Positions 1 through 11,934 of a DNA stretch of 51,087 nt are shown here, in pieces. The position numbers and the translations under genes were made by a program. This stretch comes from Basidiobolus meristosporus CBS 931.73. Lineage: Eukaryota > Fungi > Basidiobolomycota. Under the pieces are notes generated by a model. That model worked only from the letters and a program-made list of their open reading frames with translations. It was not told the origin of the DNA and ran no database searches. Location of the stretch: NCBI GenBank assembly GCA_002104905.1, contig MCFE01000634.1, positions 1 to 51,087 of the forward strand. The letters are read 5' to 3'. The stretch's first letter is position 1. Each line of letters opens with the position of its first letter.

Positions 1-1119
1 CACAACAGAACCTGTTCAAGAGCTCTGGGTTAATCTAATCTAAGAAAAAATTAGATCTAATTCGCTCAGATCTGTGTGGACCTATGCAAATTTTTCCTCA
101 GGCGGGATGAAGTATTTAATCACCTGTATTAATGCTTATACATGATACACATGGGTCTACCTCATAGAGAGAAAGGAAGAAGCTCTGTCTAAGTTCAGGT
201 AGTTTTAAAGTCATGGTGGAGAGAGAAACTGGTGAAAAAATCAAGAAAATACATTCTGACAATGGTGGAGAATATACCTCAAAACTCCTCATCCACTTCT
301 GCAATATTTATGGCATAAAGCAGGAGACTACTGTACCATACTCCCCACAGCAAAATGGAGTAGAAAAACATGCTAACAGATCATAATTGATATGGTTAGA
401 TCTATGATCCATGATCAAAAATTATCCTATGATTTTTGGGTGGAATCAGTTGCCACTGCTGTATTCCTTAAAAATAGGAATTATAATGGAATACTTCATG
501 ATTCTGTTCCATTAAAGCATGGCATGGATACAGACCAGGTGCAGAACATCTAAGAATATTTGGGTGTACAGCATATGCCAAGAAGCTGCCTGGAAGTCAG
601 TCAAAATTTGAGCCAAAAAGTGTAAAATGCATATTTTTGGGCTACTGCTATAAGAGTAAGGCACACAGACTCTACAATACCAAAGCAAATAAGCTGATTA
701 GGTCCAGGGATGTGTTGTTTGATAAAAATTCAGAATGTTCCCAGAAATGAAACCAGATGATGACAAACATCTGATCTCAAGTCTACCAGTTGTCACAATT
801 GAATCAGAGCAAAACAATGAGAATTTTTTCACTCCAGAGGACTTTACAACTGTTGTTCAGACTGAAGCAGTGCCTAGAAATATCCCAGAAGTGACCATTC
901 CAGTCTCAAATGCCTGGAGATCCAACCAGACAAGATATAGCCCAAATTACTATATCAGTGAGGGTACAAGCTTAGCCTATGTCTATTCAGTCTATATTGA
1001 TGAGCCCCAGACTGTAAAAGAGGCCCTGAATAGCCCTCAGACAAAGTTTTGGAGATCTCCAATGACAGAGGAATATCAGGCCCTGATGGAAAATCAAACC
1101 TGGGACTTAGTCAAGTTAC
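1..1119 (+). mobile_element. Ty1/copia family 1, copy A: degenerate integrase to start of RT, cut by copy C
   Basis: Reads through integrase motifs (SDNGGEY region, PQQNGV) and the linker EPQTVKEAL..MTEEYQALMENQTWDLVK (ORF 735-1127), then stops where an LTR begins at 1120. Contains stops and frameshifts. Confidence 0.93.
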
Positions 1120-1468
1120 TGTTGTAAAAGTTTGTAATTCCACCTAGATATCTACCTAATTTAGTCACTTATATCATTACCTTAAAATCCTAGAGAATAC
1201 TGACCAAATTGCTTGCTGAGGTTTACTTTGAATATTTTCACCAGAATACCAGGTATCCAGAACATGAAAATTCTCAAAATAGTCCAAACAGCCCCAAGCT
1301 TTTTACACTTGTTCTTTGGACCTTCCTTAAGCTATTCTATGTAATATCTATGACAAGACCATGTTAAAGTATAAATACTATTTTAACATTGAATAAATGA
1401 TTAAGTGAAAACCACATAATATACCTGTACTCCCAAACACTTCCAATATCTCTAAGACTCTTACAACA
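1120..1468 (+). repeat. 5' LTR of copy C (349 bp)
   Basis: Termini TGTTGTAA..TTACAACA; TATAAATA at 1370-1377 and AATAAA at 1392-1397; homologous to the other family-1 LTRs in the window. Confidence 0.95.
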
Positions 1469-1481
1469 GGTTATGAGCTCC
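1469..1481 (+). promoter_or_regulatory. Primer-binding site complementary to the tRNAiMet anticodon stem-loop (half-tRNA type)
   Basis: GGTTATGAGCTCC directly follows the LTR. Variants occur in the same position at 9567-9577 (rc), 41616-41627 (rc), 42561 and 46432. Confidence 0.85.
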
Positions 1482-2282
1482 AGGCTGTCACTCTCTGCAA
1501 TGTATACTACTGCTATTACTGGAATTTTTCCCTCTGCTGAAAAGTTGGATGGATCTAACTACCAAGTGTGGAAGGTGACAATGATGATGCTGCTACAAGA
1601 AAGAGGCCTTTGGGATATTGTCATGGGAGAAGAATGCCCTCCCAAAAATGTGGGAGAGGATGCCTTAAAGTACCAGAAGAAAGAACAAAGTGCCTTCAAC
1701 TGCATTTGCCTTAATGTTAAAGACAAATTGCTAATTCAATGCTCAAGAGCAAAAACAGCAACAAATGCCTGGAAGGCATTAGAAGACACCTACCAGTCAT
1801 GCTCAGCTGCCAAGAGAATATATCTGAGGCAAAAATTCTCTACTACAAAGATGCAGCCTGGAGAAGAAATGAAGAATCTAAGTAACAGAATTACCTTGCT
1901 AGTAGATGAAATGAAATCTGTGGGTGTACCAACTACTGATGAGGATGTGATAGTTACCATCCTGAATATCCTGACAGACAAGCTTCAGGGCCTTGTATCA
2001 GCCCTAGAGTCCAGAACAGAAGATTTGACCTTAAATTGCGTATATGGAAGGCTCCAGGATGAAGAATTAAGAAAATCAAGTGCCAATAAGAAGGAAGAAG
2101 AAGATGCTTTAATATGCAATGATAACCAACATAGGAGGTTCCCAAGACCCTACAATGGCAACAGCAACATGTTTTGCAACTGCTGCAAATGGAAAGGACA
2201 TACATCAGACCAGTGCTTCAAAAAGAAAGATAGTCAGCAGAAAAAGGCTGAATATGGAAATGCTGCAACAACTGAAGATTGA
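1473..2282 (+). CDS. gag: Copia Gag (open frame, 269 aa), ending in a variant CCHC zinc knuckle
   Basis: KLDGSNYQVWKVTMMMLLQERGLW N-terminal motif, copia capsid-type helices (AKRIYLRQKFSTTKM..), and CNCCKWKGHTSDQC knuckle. Confidence 0.9.
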   Translation: MSSRLSLSAMYTTAITGIFPSAEKLDGSNYQVWKVTMMMLLQERGLWDIVMGEECPPKNVGEDALKYQKKEQSAFNCICLNVKDKLLIQCSRAKTATNAWKALEDTYQSCSAAKRIYLRQKFSTTKMQPGEEMKNLSNRITLLVDEMKSVGVPTTDEDVIVTILNILTDKLQGLVSALESRTEDLTLNCVYGRLQDEELRKSSANKKEEEDALICNDNQHRRFPRPYNGNSNMFCNCCKWKGHTSDQCFKKKDSQQKKAEYGNAATTED

Positions 2283-5200
2283 CTACTCATATCTGTACTA
2301 AATTTGACCACAACAAGGATTCTCAGATGTGGTATATTGACTCTGGAGCATCTCAACACTTTACACACCAAAAAGCACTTTTTACCCTATATCAAGATTT
2401 TCCAATTAAGAAGGTCTTCATGGATGACAATAGAGCACTTGCTGCAGTGGGAGAAGGAACTATCCAAGTAAACCTAAGAAGCAGTGCAGGAAGCCATACA
2501 CAAACCTTTAAAGAAGCATTCTATGTACCAGAAAAGCCAAAAACCTACTGTGTGTAAACAAGGCCACTGAAGAAGGACTCAGTTTCAGCTTTGACAATTC
2601 TGGATGCAAGATCACTGATCAAAATGGTGCCCATATTGCCTTGGGTATCTGCAATCAGCATCAACACAAGTAAACTTATATTCCATCATATTTGGAAGCC
2701 AATATAAGTAACTTAAATGAAGAAACACCAATGCTTTGGCACAGGATATTTGGGCACATCAGTTTGGATTATTTGTGCAAAATGATCAAAGATGGACTAA
2801 TTTCTGGAGTAAAATTGATCCCCAGCCAATTTGGAGCACTGTGAAGCCTGCACATATGGGAAACAAGCCAGACAACTGTTCAAGAGCTCTGGGTTAATCA
2901 AAACTAAGAAAATATTGATCTAATCCACTCAGATCTGTGTGGACCTATGCAAAATTTATCCTTAGGCAGGATGAAGTATTTAATCACCTGTATTAATGTT
3001 TATACATGATACACATGGGTTTACTTTGTAGAGAAAAAGGAAGATGCTCTGTCTAAGTTCAGGTAGTTTAAAGTCATGGTGGAGAGAGAAACTGGTGAAA
3101 AAATCAAGAAAATACACCCTGACAATGGTGGAGAATATACCTCAAAACTCTTCATCCACTTCTGCAAAATTCATGGGATAAAGCAAGAGACTACTGTACC
3201 ATACTCCCCACAGCAAAATAGAGTAGCAAAGCATGCTAACAGATCATAATTGATCTGGTTAGATATATGATCCATGATCAAAAATTATCCTATGATTTTT
3301 GGGCAGAATTGGTTGCCACTCCTGTATATATTAAAAATAGGAGTTATAACTAGGTACTTTGTGATTCTACTCCATTTGAAGCATGGTATAGATACAGACC
3401 AAGTTCCAAACATCTAAGAATATTTGGGTGTACAGCATATGCCAAGAAACTGCCTGGCAGTCAGTCAAAATTTGAGTCAACAAGTGTGATATGCATATTT
3501 TTGGGCTACTGCAATGAGAGTGAAGCATACAGACTCTACAATACCAAAGCAAATAAGGTAATCAAGTCCAGGGATGTGCTGTTTCATGAAAATTCAGAAT
3601 TTTCACAAAAAATGACATCACATGATGACAAAAATCTGATCTCAAGTCCACCAATTGTCAGGATTGAATCAGAGCAAAACAATGAGATTTTTTCACTCCA
3701 GAGGACTCTACAACCATGGTTCAGCCAGAATCAGTACCCAGGAATATCCTGGAAGTGATCATTCCAGTATCAAATGTCTTGAGATCCAATCATACAAGAA
3801 ATAGCCCAAACTACTATATCAATGAGGATACAAACTTAGCCTATGCCTATTCAGTCTATATTGATGAGCTCCAGATTGTAAAAGAGGCCCTAAATAGCCC
3901 TCAGACAAAGTTTTGAAGATCTGCAATGACTGAGGAATATCAGGCCCCAATGGAAATCAAACTTGGGACTTTGTTAAATTACCAATCAACCAAAAATCAA
4001 TTGGATGCAGATGGGTCTTCAAGACAAAATACAAGGCTGATGGTACAGTTGAAAGATACAAAGCAAGACTTGTGGCCAAAGTATACTCTCAAACAAAAGG
4101 ACTTGACTATACTGAGACCTCTGCACCAGTATCCAAGTTTAATTCCATTGGAATAATATTGGCCATTGCAGCCAAATGTAAGTTTTTTATTCATCAAATG
4201 GATGTAAAAGCTGCATTTTTCAATAGAGAACTTGATGAGGATGTGTATATGGTCCAACCTGATGGGTTTGTTGACCATGATAACCTCTATTTAGTCTGCA
4301 AGCTTAAAAAGTCACTATGTGGTCTCAAACAATTACCAAGAGCCTGGAGTTGCAAGATAGACTCTTATTTGGAATGCTTGAGTTTCAAAAGGAGTAAGGC
4401 TGACTATAGTACATACTATAAGCCAGATAGAGCAAATCCAGTTCTATTAGCTCTATATCTGGATGATCTTATTATAGCCACCAACAACCTAGCAACATTG
4501 GAAGAGACTAAATACAGCCTATCTAGAGAGTTCAAGATGTCTAATCTAGGAGAGCTCAGTTACTACTTAGCGATTAAGTTCTCTATAGACAGAAGTACCA
4601 GGCTATAAGCCTAACCCAATCCAAGTATATGCAAGATACACTAAAGAAGTATCAAATGGAAGACTGTAAACCGGCAGCTACCCCAATGGAGACAAACCTT
4701 AACTTGGTCAAAACTCAACCAAATTAAGAGAGCTTGGTGCCATCTGAAAGCCCTGACTTTCCTTATCAATCAATGGTTGGCAGTCTGGTATATATCATTC
4801 ATAGAACACATCCATATATCTCATATTCAGTGGGAGTTGTCAGCCAACGTAATCAGAATTTTGGATCTGATCATATTGCAGCAGTTAAGCAGATTTTAGG
4901 ATACCTAAAAGGAACTGCTGATATCTGCTTAAAATACACTAATGAGGATTCAGAGCAGGATTTTGTAGGATACTATGATACCAATTGGGGACAAAATCTG
5001 GAAGAAAGAAGATTCACCACAGGATACACCTTTCCTTACTATAAAGAAGCAATTTCATGGAATTCAAGAAAGCATCCAACCGTAGCACTTTCTACCACAG
5101 AGGCAGAGTATATAGCAGCCTGTGAGGCTACAAAAGCAGCAATATGATTAAGAAAGCTTTTTACAGATTTAGGCCTATGTCAAAAAACACCTATTACTTT

Positions 5201-5435
5201 ATTTCAAGATAATCCAGGATGTATGCAATTAGGGAGAAATCCAACTTTTCATGCTAGAACCAAGCACATAGATATTAGACATCACTGAATATGTGAAGCT
5301 ATAGAGAATAACTTGGTTAGCGTAGTTTACTGTCCTACAGATGAAATGATTGCAGACATACTTACCAAACCATTAGCAAGAGGCAAGTTTGAATATCTTA
5401 GGTCAAAATTAGGACCAGTCAGTATGAACATTTAG
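2279..5435 (+). pseudogene. pol: Copia pol pseudogene (protease-integrase-RT-RNaseH), many stops and frameshifts
   Basis: DSGASQH, WHRxFGH/CEAC zinc finger, KCIFLGY, KARLVAK, QMDVKAAF, YLDDLII, ALSTTEAEYIA; terminal TAG at 5433-5435. Confidence 0.93.
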
Positions 5436-5446
5436 CTGAGTGGGAG
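5436..5446 (+). promoter_or_regulatory. Polypurine tract, lying directly between the pol stop codon and the 3' LTR
   Basis: CTGAGTGGGAG then TGTTG; same arrangement at 40090-40100, 33405-33415 (rc) and 49413-49423 (rc, variant CTGAGTGGTAG). Confidence 0.85.
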
Positions 5447-5794
5447 TGTTGTAAGAATTTGTAACTTCCACCTAAATATTTGCCCAACTTAGTCACTTAG
5501 ATCATTACCTTCAAGTCCCTGAGAATACTGATCAAATTCCTTGTTGGTAATTAATAGAATATTTTCACCAAAATACCAGGTACCCAGAACATGAAAATTC
5601 TCAAAGTTGTCCAAACAGCCCAAAACTTGGCACACATGTTCTTGGAACCTTTCTTAAGCTCTTCTACATGTTTTTAATGCCAAGACCATCTAATAGTATA
5701 AATACTACTTTTACATTCAATAAATCATTAAGTGAAAACTCATAATCTACTTGTACTCCCAATCACTTCCAATATCCCCAAGACTCTTACAACT
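5447..5794 (+). repeat. 3' LTR of copy C (348 bp)
   Basis: TGTTGTAA..TTACAACT; clearly diverged from the 5' LTR (roughly 15% by eye). Confidence 0.93.
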
Positions 5795-6147
5795 GCTACA
5801 TGTCATATAAGCTGGGCACATCATCAGCCAATCCATGTCATATTGCCATGTAATATTCCAGTTTGTTCTTTAGTATGTTTCTATCTTGGCACACTTAGTG
5901 TGCCTCACCCCAGAACCCCATCAGTATAGCCATTATCTCTTGGCATCCGTATTGCCAAAAAAGTATATATAGTGCTATCCCCCTTATCTATTCCTCAGCC
6001 TGATAAACACAGGTCCTGTATAAACAGCATTGCCCTGGAAATCCACCTTGCCTTGAAACATGCCTTGCCTTGTTGATCCACACTTAAGTCCTTTTCTGGT
6101 CCTGCCTTGCCTAGCACTACTCTCCTGCCTTGTGTCTATACATAACA
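5795..6147 (+). repeat. 5'-truncated copy of LTR family 2
   Basis: Aligns to the 3' ~350 bp of the complete solo LTR at 21617-22161 and ends in CATAACA. Confidence 0.85.
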
Positions 6148-9100
6148 GTAACTGAGTTCTCCTAGGTTGGACATTTTGAACTCATTAGATAGGCTGGATT
6201 TAGTCTCTTCCAATGTTTTGAGGTTATTGGTGGCTATAATAAGATCATCCACATATAGAGCTAATAGAACTGGATTTGCTCTATCTGGCTTGAAAAAATC
6301 CCCCACTCAGGGGGCTGGGAATAAACTGCTAATCAATTTATAAGGGGGGGGGCAATTCAAGGAGCTGGGATCAAAAGACAGGAGGGGCCATTGCCTGGGG
6401 CAGCCAGCTAATCAAGTTAGCTTTCACTGATAGCAGTTTCCCCTGGCAGGAAAAACTACTATATTCTAGGGGCCAATCATGAAAGTGGTCCTGTGGCTTT
6501 GACCTGCTGACTCAATTGACCCCACCCCTTTGGTCTCCCATCTATATGGGTTGATGGCTCTCCCCAGGAGGTTGGTCATATTTGGGCTCCAGAAAATAAC
6601 TGGAGCATTCCCAAATAGATCCAACCCCCTTTCTCTAGTTGAATCAATGGGAGACTGACACTCTGTGGTTGTTAAATAAGAATCTATTTTGTAATTCCAG
6701 GCTCTTGGTGATTATTTGAGTCCATATCAAGACTTTTTAAGCTTGCAGACCAAAAGGGAATTATCTTGGTCAACAAATCCATCAGGCTGGTCCACAAACA
6801 TGTCCTCATCAAGTTCTCCACTCACAAATGCAGCTTTTACATCCATCTGATGAAAGAAAAACTTATATTTGGCTGCAATAGCCAAAACTATTCTGATGGA
6901 AATAAACTTGGCTGCCAGTGCAAAGGTCTCAGTATAGTCAAGTCCTTTTGTTTGAGAGTATCCTTTGACAACAAGTCTTGCTTTGTATCTTTCAACTGTA
7001 CCATCAGCCTTGTATTTTTTCTTTGAAGACCCATCTGCATCCAATTGATTTTTGGTGGATTGGTAATTTAACAAAGTCCCAAGTTTGATTTTCCATTGGG
7101 GCCTGATATTCCTCAGTCATTGCAGATCATCAAAACTTTGTCTGAGGGCTATTTAGGGCCTCTTTTACAATCTGGGGCTCATCAATATAGTCTGAATAAG
7201 CATAGGCTAAGTTTGTACCCTCATTGATTTAGTAGTTTGGGCTATTTCTTGTATGATAGGATCTCCAGGCATTTGAGACTGGGAAGGTCACTTCTGGGAT
7301 ATTCCTGGGCACTGATTCTGGCTGAACCACAGTTGTAGAGTCCTCTGGACTGATAAGCTCTCATGGTTTTACTCTGATTCAATCTTGACAATTGGTGGTC
7401 TTGAGATTATACTTTGTCATCATATGATGTCATTTTTTGTGAAAGATTTGAGTTTCCATCAATCAACACATCTGTGGACTTGATTAGCTTCTCTGTTTTG
7501 GTATAGTAGAGTGTGTATGTTTACTCTCATTGCAGTAGCCCAAAATGATGCAATTTACACCTTTTGGCTTCAATTTGGTGCTGATATCTAGGCAGTTTTT
7601 TAGCATATGCTGTAAACCCAAATATTCTTATTTGTTCTGTACCTGGTGTGTATCTATACAATTCTTCAAGAGGAGTAGAATCACAAAGGATTCTGTTGTA
7701 ACTCCATTTTCAAGGTATACAGCTGTAGCAACTGATTTGGCCCAATAATCATTGAATAATTTTTGATCATGGATCATAGGTCTTGCAATATCAATTATTG
7801 ATCCATTTGCATATTCTGCTACTCCATTTTGTTGTGAGGAGTATGGTACAAGAGTCTCTTCCTTTATCCAATGAATTTTGCAGAAGTGGATGAAGAGTTT
7901 TGAGTACTAGTCTCCACCATTGTTGGAGCATATTTTCTTGATTTTTTCACCAGTTTCTCTCTCTACCATGGTTTTGAGCTTCCTGAACTTAGACAGATAT
8001 TCTGACTCTCACTCTATGAAGTAGACACATATGTATCTTGTATAATCATCAATAAATGTGACTAAATACTTCATCCTGCCTGAGGATAAATTTTGCATTG
8101 GTAAACACAGATCTAAGTGGATTAGATCTATATTTTTCTTAGTTTTGATTAACTCAGAGCCCTTGAATGGTTGTCTGGCTTGTTTCCCATATATGCAGGC
8201 TTCACAGTAGTCCATATAAGCTAGGGGATCAATTTGTTTTCTGGAAATTAGCCAATCTTTGAACTTTTTGTGCAAGTAATCTGAGCTTATGTGTCCAAAT
8301 CTCCTGTGCCAAAGCATTGGTGTTTCTTCATTGAGGTTACTTATATTGGCTTCCAAATATAATGGAATTTAAATCAACTTCCACATATTCTAATCTTTGA
8401 TACCCAGAGCAACACAAACCCCATTTTGATCTGTGATCCTGCATCCAGAATTGTCAAAGCTGAAATTGAGTCTTTCTGCTGTGGCCTTGAGTACAGATAG
8501 TAGGTTCTTGGCTATTTCTGGTACATAGAGTACTCCTTTAAAGGTGGTATATGGCTTCCTTCTCTGCCTCAAAGGTCTACTTGGTTAATTCCTTCTCCCA
8601 CTGCATCAAATGTTCCATTGTCACCCATGAAGATCTTCTTAATTGGAACTTCTTGATATTGGGTAAAAAGTTCTTTTTGGTGCATACAGTGTTGAGATGC
8701 TCCAGAGTCAGTATACCACAGGTGAGAATCCTTATTTGAGGCAATATATAGTGCAGATATGAATAGTTGATCATCAGCTGTTGCAGCATTTCCACATTAA
8801 GGCTTTTTCTGCTGACCATCTCTCTTCTTGAGGAAATGGTCTGATGTGTCTTCTTTCCTTTTGCAGTGTTGCAAAATAAGTTGCTATTGCCTTTAGAAGA
8901 TCTTTGGCATTTATTTGTTTGTTTGCATCATTTCTTAAATCATTTTCTGCTTCTTTCTCTTTAGCGCTCAATTTTCTTAATTCTTCATCTAGGAGCCTTT
9001 TATATACATAATTTAAAGCCAAATCTTCAGTGCTAGACTCTAGGGCTGTTACAAGGCCCTGAAACCTGTCTTTCAGGCTATTTAGGATGGTAACTATCAG

Positions 9101-9920
9101 ATCCTCATCAGTAGTTAGTACACCCACAGATTTGATCTCAACCAACAGCAGGGTATTCCTATTGATTAAATTTCTTATATCTTCTCTTGGCTGCATCTTT
9201 GTAGTAAAGAATTTCTGTCTCAGATACATCTTCTTAGCAACTGAACAAGATTGGTAGGAGTCTTCTCATGCTTTCCAGGCATTCTTTGTGGTTTTTGCTT
9301 GTGAGCATTGAATTAGCAATTTGTCTTTCACATTAAGGCATATGCATCTAAAGGCACCCTCTTCTTTCTTCTGGTACTTTAAGACTTTCTCTCCCATGTT
9401 TTTAGGAGGGCACCCTTCTCCCATGACAATTTCCAGAGGCCTCTTTCTTGTGGCAGCATCTTCAGCATCACCTTTCACACTAGGTAATTAGATCCATCCA
9501 GCTTTTCAGCAGAGAAAAAAGTTTCAGTAATAGCAGGAGTACACAAAGCAGAGGGTGACTACTTGAGGCTGATAACCTGTTTCAAAGTCTTGGGGATATT
9601 GGAAGTATTGAGCAAACAAGTAGATTGTGTGGCTTTCACTCAATGATATTTTGAATGTAAAAATAGCTTTAGCTTTACATGATATTGGCTTAACAAACGC
9701 GTAGAATAGGCTCAGGAAGGTCTCAAGAACATTTGCGCATATTTTGGGGCTGTTTGAACAACTCCAAGATTTTCATGTTCTGTGTACCTGATATCTTGGT
9801 GAAAATATTCTAAGTAGATCCAAACAAGAATTTTGGTTGGTATTCTCTAGGATTTGGAGGTAGTAATCCAAGTGACTAAGTTAGGTGAATATTTAGGTGG
9901 AGTTGCAAACTTTTACAACA
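6148..9920 (-). mobile_element. Ty1/copia family 1, copy B: 5' LTR 9578-9920, gag, integrase, RT; cut by LTR family 2
   Basis: Minus-strand gag (8774-9478), integrase zinc finger WHRRFGH/CEAC (8009-8356) and RT (6727-7074); PBS remnant at 9567-9577. Confidence 0.93.
6292..6673. other. Unassigned ~380-bp sequence replacing part of the RT of copy B
   Basis: RT homology stops after CTATCTGGCTT and resumes at AAATAAGAATC; the insert is more G/C-rich, has a G run, and has no second copy in the window. Confidence 0.6.
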
Positions 9921-11105
9921 TATATTAGTAGTGCATGGGAGGTAGAAAAGGAAATATCATTTGGTAAATTGGTATGGGAGCATTATTAATAACTAGCTGT
10001 AGGCTGCCATGCTGCTACAATAATGACATCAGAGGTTTGCAATGAGGCCATCAAGACACCAGCAGTTTTTTGCCATATAAGGCAATTACATGTACTGGCC
10101 AGTTAGATCTACCCAAATAGTTGTAGCATGCACTAAGACCACAATAATACCATGCCACCCTGGCAAAACACTGTTTAAACACTGTTATGTTTTTAACTTT
10201 ATTTGGCAGTAAAATTGGCCAAATTCTATTGTGATGCTCTCATAAGATTATACTTGTTCCATTGGATAGTGCCACATTGCGCCATGAGTGCTAAATGATG
10301 CCATAGTGTGCCAGGCTGAGCCTAAGTGAACCCATATTTGGTCACAGAATGTGACACATAGTTCTTCTTCATCATGCAAAGCCACCCTGGTGTTTCACCC
10401 ATTATGATGAAGAAAATCCATCTTTTGACCTTTTTTTTTGGATCAAAGTTGTGCAGGATGTGTAAAAGCTCTACAGGATTGAAGACATGCATCTGGTGCT
10501 CAATACCCATGGCACTGTGAGTCTAGCTCCTGTGGCTTGTATCATGTCACAAAAATGAATGGCACTATCTTGGTCCACTGATACAATCTGGCTTTATACT
10601 CAAATATCAGCTCTGAAGTAAAACCTTTACAAAGCACTTATAGTGCCAGATAGTACCAGTGGACCAAGGTAGTGCCAAGCATTTTTGAGACATAATACAA
10701 GCAACTGGAGCTAGGTTCAGAGTGCCATGGGTTTTGCATACCAGATGCATGTCTTCAGTCCTTCCTTGCTCTTACACAACATGCACAATGTTGATGCAAA
10801 AATACGGTTAAATAATAGATTTTCTCCAGCAAAATGGGTGAAACACAGGGGCTGCTTTGTACAAAGATGAAGTGCTATATTTGAGACTCTATGGCCAAGT
10901 TTTGGCCTGCTATTCCTCTCTGGCACACAATGACACTATTTATCACTCACAGCTCAATGTGGCATTCTCCAACAGAACAAGTCTATTGTGTAAACCCTAT
11001 AAAAGAAAGTTCCAAGATGCTGGCAAAATATTTGTCTCCCGATAAGATCTTGCCAGTTGCTCTATGTAGGATCCACTTGCAGGACCAAGTTATTTTTAAT
11101 AAGTG
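9921..11105 (+). mobile_element. CMC/EnSpm family: transposase-side end with TIR at ~11105, interrupted by a foldback element
   Basis: Homologous to 24640-25096; ends GGACCAAGTTATTTTTAATAAGTG (rc CACTTATTAAAAATAACTTGG). Confidence 0.8.
10250..10984. mobile_element. Foldback (hairpin) element, copy 1, 735 bp, TSD ATT
   Basis: Long inverted arms A(T/G)ACTTGTTCC..GAACAAGTCT; ATT at 10247-10249 and 10985-10987. The empty site CATAAGATTGTGT is present in a paralogue (rc, ~11121-11134). Confidence 0.92.
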
Positions 11106-11109
11106 GAAC

Positions 11110-11934
11110 TATTGACCCTGCACACAATCTTATGATGGGATGTTGATGGCATTTTGCTGATTCTACTGTTAAATAAAGTACAAACTTGACAGTGTTTTTT
11201 CAGTCTTTTGACAAGAACTGCATGGCATTCCAACAGTCTTAATGCACTTTACATTTATTTGGGTGGACCCAGCTGACCAATACATCCAACACCTTGTATG
11301 GCAACAAACTTGATGGTGTTCTGATGGCCTCATTATATACCTGTACTGACACTATATTGGTAGTACAGTGGCCTACAGCTAGTTCTGCATAATGCTACCA
11401 TACCAATTTACCAAATGGAATTTTCTTTTCCTTCATCCCCTTGTGCTATTCATGTATTCCACTGCAGAATCACCCCTCATTATTTGCATATCCAATACTA
11501 CCTTGAGTGATCTACATGCAGTTTGAATCAAACAAAGCTATGGCCTCCTGCTCACTAACCTCTACCAAATGCACACCTGCTACAATTTACACACATCTAT
11601 CACATAAACAATATGGCTTTTTAGTGTGATACTTGCAAAGTTGCCATATATCTTGTATGGCAGGTAGCATATACAATGTACAAACATATGCTTGGTTGCC
11701 ACCACTTTTGCCAAGACTAGCTCCTGAATATCTGCAAAGAGCTTCTCAGTGTTTAGTCAATATTTGCATTCCCCCTGCTGACTTTTAATCCCCATTATAG
11801 GTGCACTCTGACTTGTATTTGTATGGATTCTGTAGTGAATTGTGTAGATATTGGCTTGTGGCCAAGAGAAACCTAGCGTATTTTGGTAAAGTTGTGCTAA
11901 TAAAAATTAGTTGCTTGTTGTGCACAACCCAATA
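11110..11934 (-). mobile_element. CMC/EnSpm fragment: transposase C-terminus and subterminal region, TIR missing
   Basis: Reverse-complement homology to ~24180-24990. Confidence 0.8.

Larger units (their letters stand above)
1120..5794 (+). mobile_element. Ty1/copia family 1, copy C: LTR-to-LTR 4675 bp, degenerate and probably chimeric
   Basis: Order is LTR, PBS, gag, protease ([10 protein letters not shown]), integrase, RT, RNaseH, PPT, LTR. Integrase before RT is the copia domain order. Confidence 0.95.

Noticed and set aside
3997-4278. Recurrent antisense ORF (MVNKPIRL.., also 6766-7026) as an extra retroelement gene
   Set aside because: It is the reverse-strand shadow of the conserved RT frame and is not kept at constant length in other copies.
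1115-5799. GTTAC / GCTAC as the TSD of copy C
   Set aside because: The sequence after 5799 does not resume copy A's RT; it is the interior of LTR family 2. The 4/5 match is probably chance.
6148-6152. GTAAC at 6148 as an inverted TSD of GTTAC at 1115, implying an inversion
   Set aside because: The two pentamers come from different positions of the RT consensus and are each explained by the host sequence.
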